A stretch of 63,432 nt of DNA, filler included, from Octopus bimaculoides (GCF_001194135.2; 4 parts of 3 records of this genome joined end to end with filler, not necessarily neighbours in it); one strand, 5' to 3'. Shown: positions 39,709 through 52,452, numbered from the whole stretch's first letter. Notes: a model not told the origin generated them from the sequence alone. Program-made: numbers and translations.

Positions 39709-40586
39709 TTGTGTGTGTGTGCGTGCGTGTGTTATGTATTCATGCTGTTTTGCTTTTGGACATGTTTAAAGCCTATTTAAGAGTAAGTATGCAAACTATC
39801 TTTATCCAATTGTAAATAACACACAGTATAGGTACAAATACATTTACATATGTCTGTGTGTGAGTCTATGAGCACATGCGTGCAAATATATACCACATCT
39901 GATGCAACATTTAAATGTAATAATACATTTTAGTAGTGCTAGTTTAGTTTCATTAGGAAAGTGCAACATATGGAATGCGGAAATGGAGTGGATTATTGAG
40001 ATATTAGGCCACCTTAATAGCATTAGTGCTTTAACTAAATTGAAGCAAACTAGTGAATCTTATAAGTAGAAATCGACGCACCAGAAATATATCTTTCTCT
40101 CTCAGATGAATAATATATATCTCTATCATGCTCGAATCAACATTGATTAGTATATATTTCATCCGACTAGGTAACAATTTGAAATTGTATCTGTTGTACT
40201 TTTTCCATTTTAAAACTGGTCTAAAAGCACTGATTTCATCGGACTAATATAATTAGTATAACTCGTATTGCTTCTTTACCAAGAAGTGAGACTGTTACTC
40301 AGGTTCTCCTGAATTTCAGTCAATAATGTCTGGTATTGTAACTTTAGGAAAACCATATATAATAAAATGCAATAGAAAGAAAGAAATCGAGACAGTAACA
40401 AAAAAAAAAAAAAAAAAAAAAGAAATCAGAGAGAGTCAGCATAACAGGTTAAGATGAATGTTTGAAAAATATACTTTTGTATTTAATACAATGTTGCAAG
40501 GTTAGGTTTTCGCTCGAGTAGATAGTGATTATGTTAACAAAATTTAGAAAACTATATATCTGTAAGAATATGTGACCATTATTCAG

Positions 40587-40660
40587 TAGCCATGATAAAA
40601 CTCCCAGTTTCGGATGCTGGGGCGGAAACCCACGCCGCCATCTCTTCAGTTATCTGGCCA
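40587..40660 (-). ncRNA. Type I hammerhead ribozyme
   Basis: Minus strand: stem I TGGCCA-GATAA / TTATC-A-TGGCTA (bulged A); core CTGAAGA (40649-43); stem II GATG/CATC plus GCGG/CCGC with one extra C before GAAA; GAAA (40611-08); stem III ACT/AGT with loop GGG; triplet GUU. Confidence 0.75.
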
Positions 40661-41638
40661 TTGAAAATTCCTATGAAAATGACCGTTAAACAAAGGGAAA
40701 TTACTGTGTGGCTGACCGTTATTATATATATATAAATCTCATTTTATAATATATATATANNNNNNNNNNNNNNNNNNNNNNNNNNNNNNNNNNNNNNNGT
40801 ATTTGTCAGCTTATGACATATAAACCTGTGAATTTGAAATGATCCCTGAAATTTAAACTATTACTTACTGCTTGGGGTTTTAATTCATAATTGTGTCTCC
40901 TTTTCTTGACAAAGACGAGTGTGTTCTATTTTTAGTAATTAAGGTACAGCCCTAATTAGTAAGCTGGAGATAAGCAGATACTATGCTTCATCATTCAACT
41001 ACGGTAGTAGTTGAATAATATACCTAAGACGGCAATTTACTCAGATGCAGTATCTTTCAGAGCTTGTCGCTAATTCAGTTCTTAGCCAAATGGAAAACCG
41101 TTAACATTTTTAGAGGATTGGTCCCTAGCTACAATTTGGTATTAAAAAATCGAGATTTGGTCCAGTAGAAAAACGTTTACATCAAAATTTGTAGCAACGC
41201 CACCAATCAAGTTTAGATCTAATTAACTTTTTTTTATCTTCTGATCGAAAAAAGCGTGAAGAATTTCATAATTTTAGTCCTATGCAATAGAAGTTTGTAT
41301 TAAAAATTACCATGAAAAAATATGAGTAGGCAAAAAATTGGATTTAAGTATAATTAATTTCTTTATTTAAAAAAAAATAAACTATATCTTAATTAAGCTT
41401 AAATGATAGAGCTCAATTCGAGGAATTTAGTGGTATCAATCTCATGCAAGAAAAAAGTTATGAATGTTTGTTTCACAAATTTGAGGTTGATAGTATAGTT
41501 AATGAATATTGTTCTAGGGAACTTTCAATATATGTAACCAGCATCATTTAGGTAAGGAAAAAATTATCAACGATACCGCTAATTGACATATTTGACATTA
41601 TTATTTAGCATAATAGCATAGCCTGGGAAAAACATGGA

Positions 41639-42528
41639 TTACATGGAAAAATACGAGCAAGAGAAATGATATTCGTAAGATTATAAACCTGGAAAGGTAC
41701 AAGACAAGTTATTACACTTGGAGAAGTTCAGGACAACTTATTACATCTGGTAAAGTACAGAACAAGTCAAATTTTTACTTAAAATATTGCGGCTAAAGAT
41801 AAAATATGAATATTGAAACGTATTTGATTTTAATTTACAAAGTAACGTTATAATAAAAAAAAGTGCCATCATTTTGTTAAAATATTGACACACTAGAATG
41901 CTTAAAAAATGAGAGCCTTAAACACTAATGTAGGTAAGGTTTCATGCAATGTAGAATAGTATACATGGTATATAAATTCATTGCGTAAAAAATAGGCATT
42001 GTTTAAGACTAAAAATGTGAAGACTTGGCAATAACTTAGACAATAATTCAAGAAAATTTTACTGTGAATTTGTTGTTATAGGTAGATGTTACTGTAATAC
42101 ATAACTAATTTTTGTATTATTCTATTTATTGTATTAACTAAATATATACTGCTATTATTTATTATAAGCTATTTTTAAATTTCTAATTATTAATTAATAA
42201 TTATAAAATGAATCTTTTAAAGTGCAAAAAATATTGTAATTGAATTTTTTTATTATTTTTAATAGAAGTAACAAGTAATAACAAATAGAAGTAATAACTT
42301 GTAACAAAATTTTTAGTTTTAATAAAAGTTAATATTTTCTAAATCTAAATATTTCATCTGAAATTTTATCTTTAGCTGCAATAGTTTAAGTAAAAATTTT
42401 CTTGTTTTGTACTTTACCAGATGTAATAACTTGTCCTGAACTTTTCCAAGTGTAATAACCTGTCCTGTACTTTTCCAGATTTATAATCTTAAGAATATTA
42501 TTTTTCTTGCTCTCATTTTTCCATGTAA
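41639..42528. mobile_element. Foldback/MITE-like element with about 166-bp inverted arms containing 29-bp subrepeats
   Basis: 41639-41805 is the diverged reverse complement of 42363-42528. Each arm carries about 2.7 copies of a 29-mer like 'ctggaaaggtacaagacaagttattacac'. Very AT-rich spacer. Confidence 0.75.
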
Positions 42529-45302
42529 CGTAGGAAAAGTGCCAGAAAATCATATGCGAAATATATCAATTTGGATGAAAATTGCCTTAAGAAACTAGGA
42601 AGTTTTCATTATATATTGTTTAACATCTTAAAATAATAAATAAGGGAGATTAATCTAATGATAACTGCTAATACACATTTAACATAAATTAAGACAACGC
42701 AGTTATTACTGGATCTTGCGTTCTCATCACTGAAGAGATAAAAGCAGAGGACATATTTTGATCGTTTTAAACTTCATCATCGAAATATATTCACCACAGC
42801 TGCCTATATTTAGAAGTGATTAAAAACAGAAGGAAAGTGGAGATGTTGATTAGAAATGTGACACTAGAGTTGAGAAAAAATTTCCCAGTGAAGTTTTTTC
42901 ATCTTATATACCTACGTTAGTTTCTCACGTATATAATATACATACATACATACATACATATATATNNNNNNNNNNNNNNNNNNNNNNNNNNNNNNNNNNN
43001 NNNNNNNNNNNNNNNNNNNNNNNNNNNNNNNNNNNNNNNNNNNNNNNNNNNNNNNNNNNNNNNNNNNNNNNNNNNNNNNNNNNNNNNNNNNNNNNNNNNN
43101 NNNNNNNNNNNNNNNNNNTATATATATATATATATGTATGCATGTATCTATGTGTCTATATTTGTATATATAAGAACAGCTTTTATCGTATGCATATTAT
43201 ATTAAAGATATGATTAGGTTCAACTTCAAACTTATTTTACCTTTTTATTAAAGACATATTAACTCGTACTTTTTCTTAGTCTTGATCAATAGCATTCCTA
43301 AATCCATTAGTCCATTAATATATCGAAATCTTGACTTTCCCGTCATCGAAATTAACTTATGGTAGCATTGGTGTGCTTTTCTATCTAATTTTATTTTATG
43401 TAGTAGTAGGCATCCATCGGTCTCGAAAGGCCTTGGATAAAAAAAGTTCGGCGTAACAGATTGAGTCACGAACTTTAATGAATTTCAAATTTGCGTTTGA
43501 AATTTGCATATTACCTTCGTAGCCTAATGCGGGTTCAATGGTTTGTTGATACATGTATTCTGTTTTGTGAGTTTTCAATAACATACTGATCCATTTTATA
43601 ATCAGAATGCATTTGTCTCTTGTAAATGACATGTGCTCTTTATATTTTTAGTGGATGCTGATTCTATTGTATCAGTGTAAGTGAATTTGTGGTTGTATTG
43701 TAGTCTCTAGTTTTATTAGGGTGTCCATTATTAACTAATGCACATTTTATTGTTCTACTACCTAGTCTATTAGGACCCATTATTAACTAATGTTTACACG
43801 TAGATTCCCCTTATGAAAGTCTTATGCATAGTATTTCTTTTTATAAGTCTTACGGGTAGGATCCCCTTATGTAGCTGGAAGTTTAAACGTTCACCTAAGA
43901 ATTTCACTACAGTTATTGTGCATCAAATGGGACAACACTTACTATCATGGTGTTTGTGTTTAGTTTCGGTAAAGTGATGCGCTATATTTGTTATTCCTTA
44001 TTGCTACATATATTTCTAAATAAGGGTATTATAGTCTGAAATTATGTTAAAGATATATTACGGCGTAAATGCAAGGATAGTGTTACTGATAATAGTCTAT
44101 CAGCTTTTCCAATTCTAGGAACAAGAACTCTCTATCTGTAGTATTGAGTGTTCTTTTAATTTTGCTTCACTATATTATATCAATGTAACTATCGTGGTAC
44201 CACAGCATCACAACAACCAACTATTCAAAACAAATATGTGAATACATTTATAAATGTCATGGTATTGTTGTTGAACACATGATGCTACCTATGCTGGAAA
44301 AATGACAATCTGTCACTATTTCGCCTTTTATCAAACGTATTGTGCCTTTCTACATTTTCAACTATGTCTTGTTCTGTTTTTAAAAAAGACGGGTGTGATT
44401 TAATTGGAATTTGGTTGTTATATCTTTTAAATCAAACTTCTGTGTAAAGCTCCTTCGTTGACGTTTATGTGCGCGCGTGTTTGTTTTCTTGTTAATTAAA
44501 TTCAGATAGAATACTTAAAAACAATTGTAATACTGTGTAATTGTGATGTATAGACGACTGTTATATTTCACTCGCTAAAACTTTATGTGTTCGTTCACTT
44601 TTAACTTTATTTATGCAACGTCTTTAGTTGTAGCAAACCTTTGCAATTTAAGTCATCGTGCCATTCATTACATTAGTTTAAATTGTTTTCTAGTGTTTTG
44701 CATAAATAAAAATCAATGATTCAGACAAAATCTAATGAAATATTGAACTGGAAATCACTTCACGTTTTATTATTCTCGAATATAAGAAAAACTAAGAAAT
44801 AAAGCTACACAAGTAGAATTAAATTACAATTTATGTGACTTAGATAATGATCGTATGCATTATAAATCATTTTATTTCTACCAATTTATTTATCTATCTT
44901 TTTCTTTCTCTCGCGCGCTCTATCTCGCTCGACGTTGCTGACGATCGTTAAAAATCATAGCTAGAGTCACAGATACTGTAATACTATCCTCCAAGTCTCC
45001 TTGTGAAGATCTAGATGCACATAATTTTGACCACTGTTGTAAAGAGTTTTTCTGAGGGTGGGTCGGGGTGAGTCTTTCTCTTTCTGAGTCGCTACTTTCT
45101 ACAAATTTTCAGAGGCACTTCCTCAGAGAGTCGCAAGTCTTTCTCGCTAGCAAGAGAGGGTCAAGATGGACGTAAGTTGTGTCATTGGTTTATTTTATTT
45201 AAAGCTTTCTCCTTAATACCTTGGCCCTAACGAGAGTGTAAACAACAACAGAGTGATTAAAACAAGAGCATTTCGTATACCCAAAATTATAGTTTTCACT
45301 GA

Positions 45303-45468
45303 TAGGCGGAGGCGTGGATGTGCGGTAAGAAACTTGCTTTCCAACCACATGGTTCCAGGTTCAGTTCCACTGCGTGGCACCTTGAGAAAGTGTCTTCTAC
45401 TACAGCCTCAGACCGACCAAACCCTTGTGAGTGGGTTTGGTAGACGGAGACTGAAAGAAGCCCGTCAT

Positions 45469-45527
<59 letters not shown>

Positions 45528-45760
45528 CACGTGTGTGTGTATTTGTATGTTTCTGTCTGTATTTGTTCCCTCACTATCACTTGGCAACCGATGTTGGTGT
45601 TTTTACGTCTCTGTAACTAGCGGTTCGACATAAGTGCCGATATAATAAGTACTAGGCTTACAAAGAATAAGTCCTGGGGTCGATTTGTTCGACTAAAACC
45701 CCATAATGTGGTGTTCTGGCACGGCTGCAGTCAGATGATAGAAACAAGTAAAAGAATAAT
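45303..45760 (+). mobile_element. Full-length SINE family A (tRNA-like head, internal (TACA)/(CA)/(TA) microsatellite)
   Basis: Complete head-body-tail without a gap: 'taggcggaggcgtggatgtgcggtaagaaacttgc..ggttccaggttcagttccactgcgtggcacc..aagaagcccgtc[microsatellite]..gaaacaagtaaaagaata'. Confidence 0.92.
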
Positions 45761-46940
45761 AGACAAGAGCAGTTAAATTATCTACGTATTTATTATTTTA
45801 ATTCTGTATCGTGTGGCCTAATGACAAAATAATTATTAAATATTTGGGTGGTAGTTTGGCAAAGTGATCAAATTATTGGGCAAAATTACTTGCAGTACTT
45901 AGTTACGTTATCTACTTTGGTCCTTCCCTGGCAAATATGAAACAAGCGATTCCATATAATCAATTGTTTTCTCAGTTCAGATTTCAAAGCCTTTAATGTT
46001 TGTAAGTGGGGTAGATTGGCAAAATCCACAGGCTGTTGTACAATTTTTTCTGATATTATACCATAAAACATTACGTTCTGATTTCAAATCACTCCGATGT
46101 CTGATTTACCTTCCATTTCTCTGATGGTGATATCCTAATGTGCCTGTCAACACTGGGGTTCTTTTAAAAAGCTACATTGTCTCGCACAAAAACAAGTCTA
46201 GTGATTGCATTAGATATCAAGAATACATTCGTTAGTTACAGATTTCTTCTGAACTTATCACTGGTCTAGTGAATTTTCAACGGTTTCTGTCGACAAAATT
46301 TCACTTGTAAGATATTCTTTAACTCGATTTATGGTTCAGAAATACTTGTCTAAAGAGCTGTGCAGTGGGATCGAACCCAGAATCAGTCATATGTAGTGGA
46401 AATCAATTGTCCAGTTGACATTCACCTGATGTTAAAGATCAGAGGAAATATAATATATTTTTTGAACTAGCCTGAAATCTGCATTTACTCGACTCTGACT
46501 CGATTTATACTTGAAATTAATTATATAATTACCAGAAGAATATTTAGAAGATTCGATTTGCAAGACTACAAAAGGCACATTTATTTCAGCAATTTCAATT
46601 ACAAGCCAGTATTTAACTGTGAAAGCAGTGTAAAATATTCCAGAAGTTGAGACAGTAATAAACACATACAAACATGCGAACAAATGAATGTTTTTATGTA
46701 CACATTCTTGGGTTAAAACAGATATTCTCTCGTAAGTAGTAACGTACAAATCAGGTAAATGTACATATAGATGTCTGAGCAGGTAACCGCGTACAAGAAC
46801 AAAATTATCTACTCTATATTTTCTAAATTCTAGTGTATAAAAACCTTGTTTTCACGCATTGGAATTAGATACAAGATTCAAAGCCATTTCTTAATTATTG
46901 GTCAGAAAAAAATCAGTAGAAATATACACCCAAACAGACA

Positions 46941-46985
<45 letters not shown>

Positions 46986-47012
46986 NNNNNNNNNNNNNNN
47001 NNNNNNNNNNNN

Positions 47013-47058
<46 letters not shown>

Positions 47059-47059
<1 letters not shown>

Positions 47060-47935
47060 TGGGTTGGCAACTAAGTTCCCATCAATTTTGGAATTTATTA
47101 CGTTTTTAAATTTTGGAACCTATTTGTTTTTCTTTTTTTTTCTAGTTAATTTTAGTTAATTTTTGTTTATTTTCAGATCATTAAAATGGAATGTCGTATT
47201 AAGAAAAACGAGCGTTTTCGACACCTCCTTTTTGCTTTTAATGAAGGTTCTAAGGCTGCAAAAGCTGCTCGCGACATTTGTGCTGTGTATGGACAGAGTG
47301 CCATAGCTGAAAGAACCGCTCGTGATCGGTATGCCAGGTTCAAAAATGGGAATTTTGACACGCTCCTTGTTCTGGCTGTCCAGTTGAGTTCGATGAAGAG
47401 CGATTAAACCAACTGTTGCACGAAAATTTTCGTCAAACGACAGAGGGAACTGGCAGAGAAAATGGAATGCTTCCACACTGCTATAGAGGAGAATCTTCAA
47501 CGAGCCACAGTCTCCGCTGGTTTGCTTGCTCGTCACCGCTCAACTCATACACACAAGCAATAATTTCTTTATCGAATCGTTACTGGAGACGAAAAATGGT
47601 GCGTGTACATCAATATGAAGCAGCGTAAGGAATGGCTTTGCTCCGGCAAACAAGCGACACCGCACGTGAAATAAGATCTTCATCCGCGTACAACGATGTT
47701 GTATGTGTGGTGGGACTGGGAATGGATTTTCCATTACGAATTGCTTGAACAGAACCAAACGGTCAACGCGGAACTCTATGTTCAACAGACGGAACAACTC
47801 AGCACGGCTATTCAAGAGAAAAGACCTAATCGTCTGCATGGAGTTCTTCTGCTGCACGAAAACGCCCGCCCTCATATCGCCAATATGACCAAGGAAGCCA
47901 TTCAAACGCATGACTGAGAAGTGCTGCCTCACCCT
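47059..47935 (+). mobile_element. Mariner transposon, left TIR plus frameshifted, 3'-truncated transposase
   Basis: TA|TTGGGTTGGCAACTAAGTTCC TIR. Peptides MECRIKKNERFRHLLFAFNEGSKAAKAARDICAVYG, RIVTGDEKW, LYVWWDWEWIFHYELLEQNQTVNAELY, LLHENARPHIA..EVLPHP; ends before the YSPDL motif. Confidence 0.93.
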
Positions 47936-48139
47936 CAAAGAATAACTATAATAATAAAATCGATCATTCCGAAGTCTTTATTGTATTCTTATTTTGTACT
48001 GCATAAACGATCTGTTTCTTGATCGTGTTGTGACCAGACACGGAATATTATTTTACACCTCAACCGGCCGGGCTAGATTAAACCCCGTTTTCCGAACCAT
48101 ATTGGCCAAGGTTAATGTCACTCTTTTGTACACTTAACT

Positions 48140-48550
48140 GGAATCATCTACTACTGTTTCTCGAATTCTGGCGAAGACTACCGTAGGCAAGTATTGCCAG
48201 GAAATTGAAAAAAATGCATCAGGAACTATAACTTTACCACAACATTGATTAATCAGAAATGACTTCATATTCTCTATGACAACACAGAATGCTTCGCGAA
48301 CGATTCTACAGGAATTTAATGCATTGAATTGCATTTAATTCTACCTACAAAATCTTTCTGCAACCGGCTATCACTTGTCCAATCATTTTGTTAACTTCCT
48401 GTAAACGGTCTTTAAGAGTTTCTATATCAACTAATAGCCAAATCTATCTCAAAACAAACTGTATTGTGAGCGAAATGTATTGTGAGCGAAAAGTTATTAT
48501 TTTCAAATTGATGGTTGAAAACAGCAATCATTTTTGCACCATACTACATA
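48140..48550 (+). mobile_element. Second, older mariner remnant with right TIR
   Basis: GIIYYCFSNSGE / VGKYCQEIEK / MHQEL / ILYDN resemble mariner 'GIIHY.FL..GETI..KYC.EI..MH..L..LLHDN'. End 'aaaacagcaatcatttttgcaccatactacata' resembles an Hsmar1-type TIR. Confidence 0.65.
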
Positions 48551-49431
48551 GGTATTCATATGTGTATATTCACTTATATAAGTATACTTGATTATAGATG
48601 TTCACAAATATGTGTGTATGTGTGCATGTGTATCTGTGTGCTTCTTTGCGTTTATATAACCTGATACGAGTGATTAGCCAAAGTAAATTAACCTGTTTTG
48701 AAACATACAAAGATGAAAAAAATCATTAAAGATAATTCGCAGACTATTAAAATCTAAATCTTTTTTTACAAAAATGCTAATAATCAATTACGTATTCAAA
48801 TTGATGGACAGGGATTATATCAACTAACTTATCCCGACTACTAAAAAGCAACATTAATCAATCAATAAATAAAAAATATATCAATCAACTTGATAGCATC
48901 GGTTTTCTTTAGCTTCATTACTCTCCCGATTTCACGAGGTAAATAGAGTTCATCGTTTCAGCAAGCAGGTACACAATTCATATACTTCAAATAATACTTC
49001 TTCATTAAATAACCTCATCTCAATTATCCTTATTTATCTTATATTTTCATTCTTATAGTCCTCCTCACATTTACTCTTTCGTTTCTTAAGAACTTTTCTT
49101 TCATTTTTAGTTCTTGTGTGGCATTCAATTCAGTTCTATTTTCTGTTTTATTCTCTGATTTTGTTATTGTTTTCGGTTATTTTGTAATATCTGTTGTATT
49201 TTATGCTTGCTTTTATTTCCTAATCTATTTCGTCCGATATTTGGTTTGCTAAAATTAATGTAGTGCAAAATCATGGCCATCAACTTGTCTGCTATTAATT
49301 GTATTTCATTAAACGTCTGCTTACAATGCTAAGGCAACATTTCGCATTGCCAGAATGATTTATATATATACATGTATGTATGTATGTATTATGCATGTAT
49401 ATGTGTATGTATGTATGTTTGTTTCTGTCTT

Positions 49432-49469
49432 TCTTTCTGTGGAAGAGCGTAGGCTCGAAACGTTAAAGA
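49432..49469 (+). ncRNA. Minimal Penelope-type hammerhead-like motif, one core substitution
   Basis: TCTTT-CTGTGGA-A-GAGC(GTAG)GCTC-GAAAC-GTT-AAAGA: 5-bp stem I, 4-bp stem II, palindromic ACGT stem III; core CUGUGGA versus CUGANGA. Confidence 0.55.
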
Positions 49470-49556
49470 CTTTTTCACTTCCCGCGCGTTAAACTAATAC
49501 ATCTGTTTGTTGTCTACACCAGCTGTCTTCGTGTTTTTTTTTGTGAATTCTCCCTA

Positions 49557-49629
<73 letters not shown>

Positions 49630-49849
49630 ATGCTTGTACATGTACGAGTGTTTGTGTGTCGTGTGTGCGCGCGTGTGTATGTGTGTATATGTGTATGCGT
49701 GTGTGTCTGTGCGTGTGTATGCGTGTGTTTATGTATTATGTGCTCATGTTGTTGACAGACATGATAACTGTGGCAGTTAAACTAATACGGTCTTTAACAT
49801 TAAGAATAGTAACAATATCGATTATGTTTGATAATACATCTTACATTAC

Positions 49850-50050
49850 ACAACGCTGCATTAAAATACACTGTGCTATACATTACTATAATACATGGAT
49901 CTCTATACTATATTAGAATATGCACACGGCTACACTGCATTGTAATACAGTACTTTGCTATGCAATAATCTGTATTCATCTGTATTACACCATACTGCAC
50001 TGCATTTCAACTACATCATGCATATATATACATGCATACATTCATGTGTA

Positions 50051-50109
<59 letters not shown>

Positions 50110-50304
50110 GTTAGAGTAGATTAAAGTACTTTAATCTACAACTACTGACTCAAAGGGATGGCACCTTTAGCCGTTTTGAACAACGCAATAACATAACCAC
50201 AACTTCAACTGCTGTTCAAACTGGAACTTTGGTGGCACGCCTATCTGAGCACTAACGACGCATACCTATTAATTTCAGTCATCCTGATGAAAACTCCTTA
50301 TATC

Positions 50305-50338
<34 letters not shown>

Positions 50339-50800
50339 TGCATTGCAATGCATCACCATATACAGTACTTAGATTGTACTATAATACAAGACACAGCACT
50401 ACATTATATTCCACTGTACACTACCACAATATACAGCGCTTAAACAATACTGCAATACACTCCGCAGCATTACAATACATTGCTCTTAAACTACAGTTAA
50501 ATATTCTCCACTGACAACTCCACAATATATGGCACTCACACTACCCTAAAATACACCACAACATATGGCATTTAACTACACGACAATAAGTTATGCAAAC
50601 GCTGTGTTAGAGTATACTGCTTTACAATATACTGCTATACATTTACAACACTGAACTATGCGGTAATATATATTGCATTACACTAGATAGCAATAGAGTA
50701 GGCTACACTATATTGCATTACTCTACGTTTGCCACACATTATACCGTACTGCATAAGGCTATACGACACTACCTTGCTTTACATATGTTAATTTTTCCCT
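49850..50800. repeat. Degenerate pentanucleotide-like (TACAC/TACAA/TGCAT) low-complexity region with an embedded (TG)n
   Basis: Recurrent 'tacactgca', 'tacaata' and 'tacact' units visible. Confidence 0.6.
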
Positions 50801-51021
50801 AAAGTTTACACAACATCAATGTATGACATTGCATTTCATGATTTATGTTGTATCACAAAATCTTGTTTCAACCTCAAGCATAGCAACTATCAGACTGCCT
50901 ATCACTTTCACATTCGGAACGTCCTCTAAGCGGTCCTTTGATATGCTTGGAATAGAAGCCAAATCTATCTCAAAACAAACTCAAACGCATACAAGGATAA
51001 GACACATTATTAAAAAAATGG

Positions 51022-51052
<31 letters not shown>

Positions 51053-51425
51053 CGGATATGTAGTATGTATATTGGGTTATAATCAAAGCCGCACCTTCGT
51101 AAAGTACATTTGCTTATTGCAGTACTCCAAAATTGTATGGTTTTGGTTTTATCTATTCACCATGGTGCGTGTTTCATTTGATAAGAGAAGTTGCAAAATT
51201 ATACATGTGGAAAAATCATGTAAGATATCTTCCAGTATAAGTTCTTCAGAAAATCAAATAATATTCAAATATTATTTGATTCTCTTTATGAAGAATTTCT
51301 AATAGGAGATATCTTACATGTTTCTTCTACATGTACAATTTTTAAAACTCTAATTAGTAAATGAAATACGTGTAATGGTAAATGAATAATACCCAAAATT
51401 TTTCCATCTCCTGTTTTGATATATA

Positions 51426-51464
<39 letters not shown>

Positions 51465-52137
51465 NNNNNNNNNNNNNNNNNNNNNNNNNNNNNNNNNNNN
51501 NNNNNNNNTTAATTAATTAANNNNNNNNNNNNNNNNNNNNNNNNNNNNNNNNNNNNNNNNNNNNTATATATATATATATATATGCAATTTAATTTAATAA
51601 TGCATTAAACAAAATTTTTTAAGGTTAATTTAAAATGCAAACACCGGTGCTAACACGCTGCCTTAACGACAGCGTTTCCTCACCTATAGCGTACACACAT
51701 AGATATATACAAACATGCACACAATTATATATAACAAAATGAACTGAAGAAACAGCCCAGAGTGGTCGGTGCCATGAATTTGGATGAAGGAAAATGTCAA
51801 ACGAACATCTAGTTGCAATTGAAACCGATTCAAGTTGAAAGGAGAAGATAATCTAAAAAGAACGACAGGGTATCTCCCGAGCTATCCCACCATTAACGAA
51901 AAGACAATCTGCCTCTATTTGGAGATAAGTGAATAACTGTGAGCACGTTCTGCCGCAATAAGTGTCATCGGCTTTTCTTCACTCTTCACTGACTCCAGCC
52001 GGATATACTGACATATATGAATAGACAAATAGATAAAATACATAAATAAAACCTCTGGCTTAGGGTAATTTAATAATTGATCAAAGATTCGTGCATTAGT
52101 ACACGAAAGAAAAATATAGAATATATATAAATATATG

Positions 52138-52452
52138 AAAAGCTCGTAGTCGGAATTCGGGTCTCGAAAACGTGCCCCCTGTTTGTTCGGTTCGACGGCA
52201 CCGTCGCGGGTGCGGCTCGCTCGCGTTTCGCACACCCGGCCCTATTCGCCGGTGCGTGCGCGGTCGGGCCGCAGAGCTCTGCGCGCATCGCCGCTCCGTC
52301 GCTGTATCGGCCGCTTCGGCCCCCTGTCTTCGCACGTCCGGTTTGTACGCGCGCGGTCGCCGTCACTGCTGCTGGTTCGCGGGAAACAAACGAGGCAGGC
52401 GTCGTCGGGCGTCATCATCGCACGCGTTGCGGTAGCGCATCCACCTCCCGGT
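52138..52452 (+). rRNA. Orphan 18S rRNA fragment, start of the V4 region with a large GC-rich expansion
   Basis: Begins AAAAGCTCGTAGT (conserved 18S sequence before V4) and ends CCACCTCCCGGT (cf. molluscan 'CTACCTCCCGGT'). About 290 nt of extremely GC/CpG-rich sequence lies between them. Abrupt AT-rich left junction; N-gap on the right. Confidence 0.65.

Noticed and set aside
42722-42795. CTGAAGA-GAT..ATC-GAAA hammerhead-like motif
   Set aside because: No stem I can form on either side of any NUH triplet.
45100-45130. Minus-strand CTGAGGA..GAAA
   Set aside because: Only a 2-bp stem II and no stem I.
45303-45385. tRNA-like sequences (heads of SINE A and B) as tRNA genes
   Set aside because: No complete cloverleaf or terminator; they continue directly into SINE bodies.
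48436-48460. 25-bp exact match to 50957-50981
   Set aside because: Most simply a shared piece of a dispersed mariner-derived repeat; nothing else is shared.
48460-48491. Tandem 16-mer TGTATTGTGAGCGAAA resembling a lac operator half-site
   Set aside because: Short local duplication inside a mariner remnant; no vector sequence around it.
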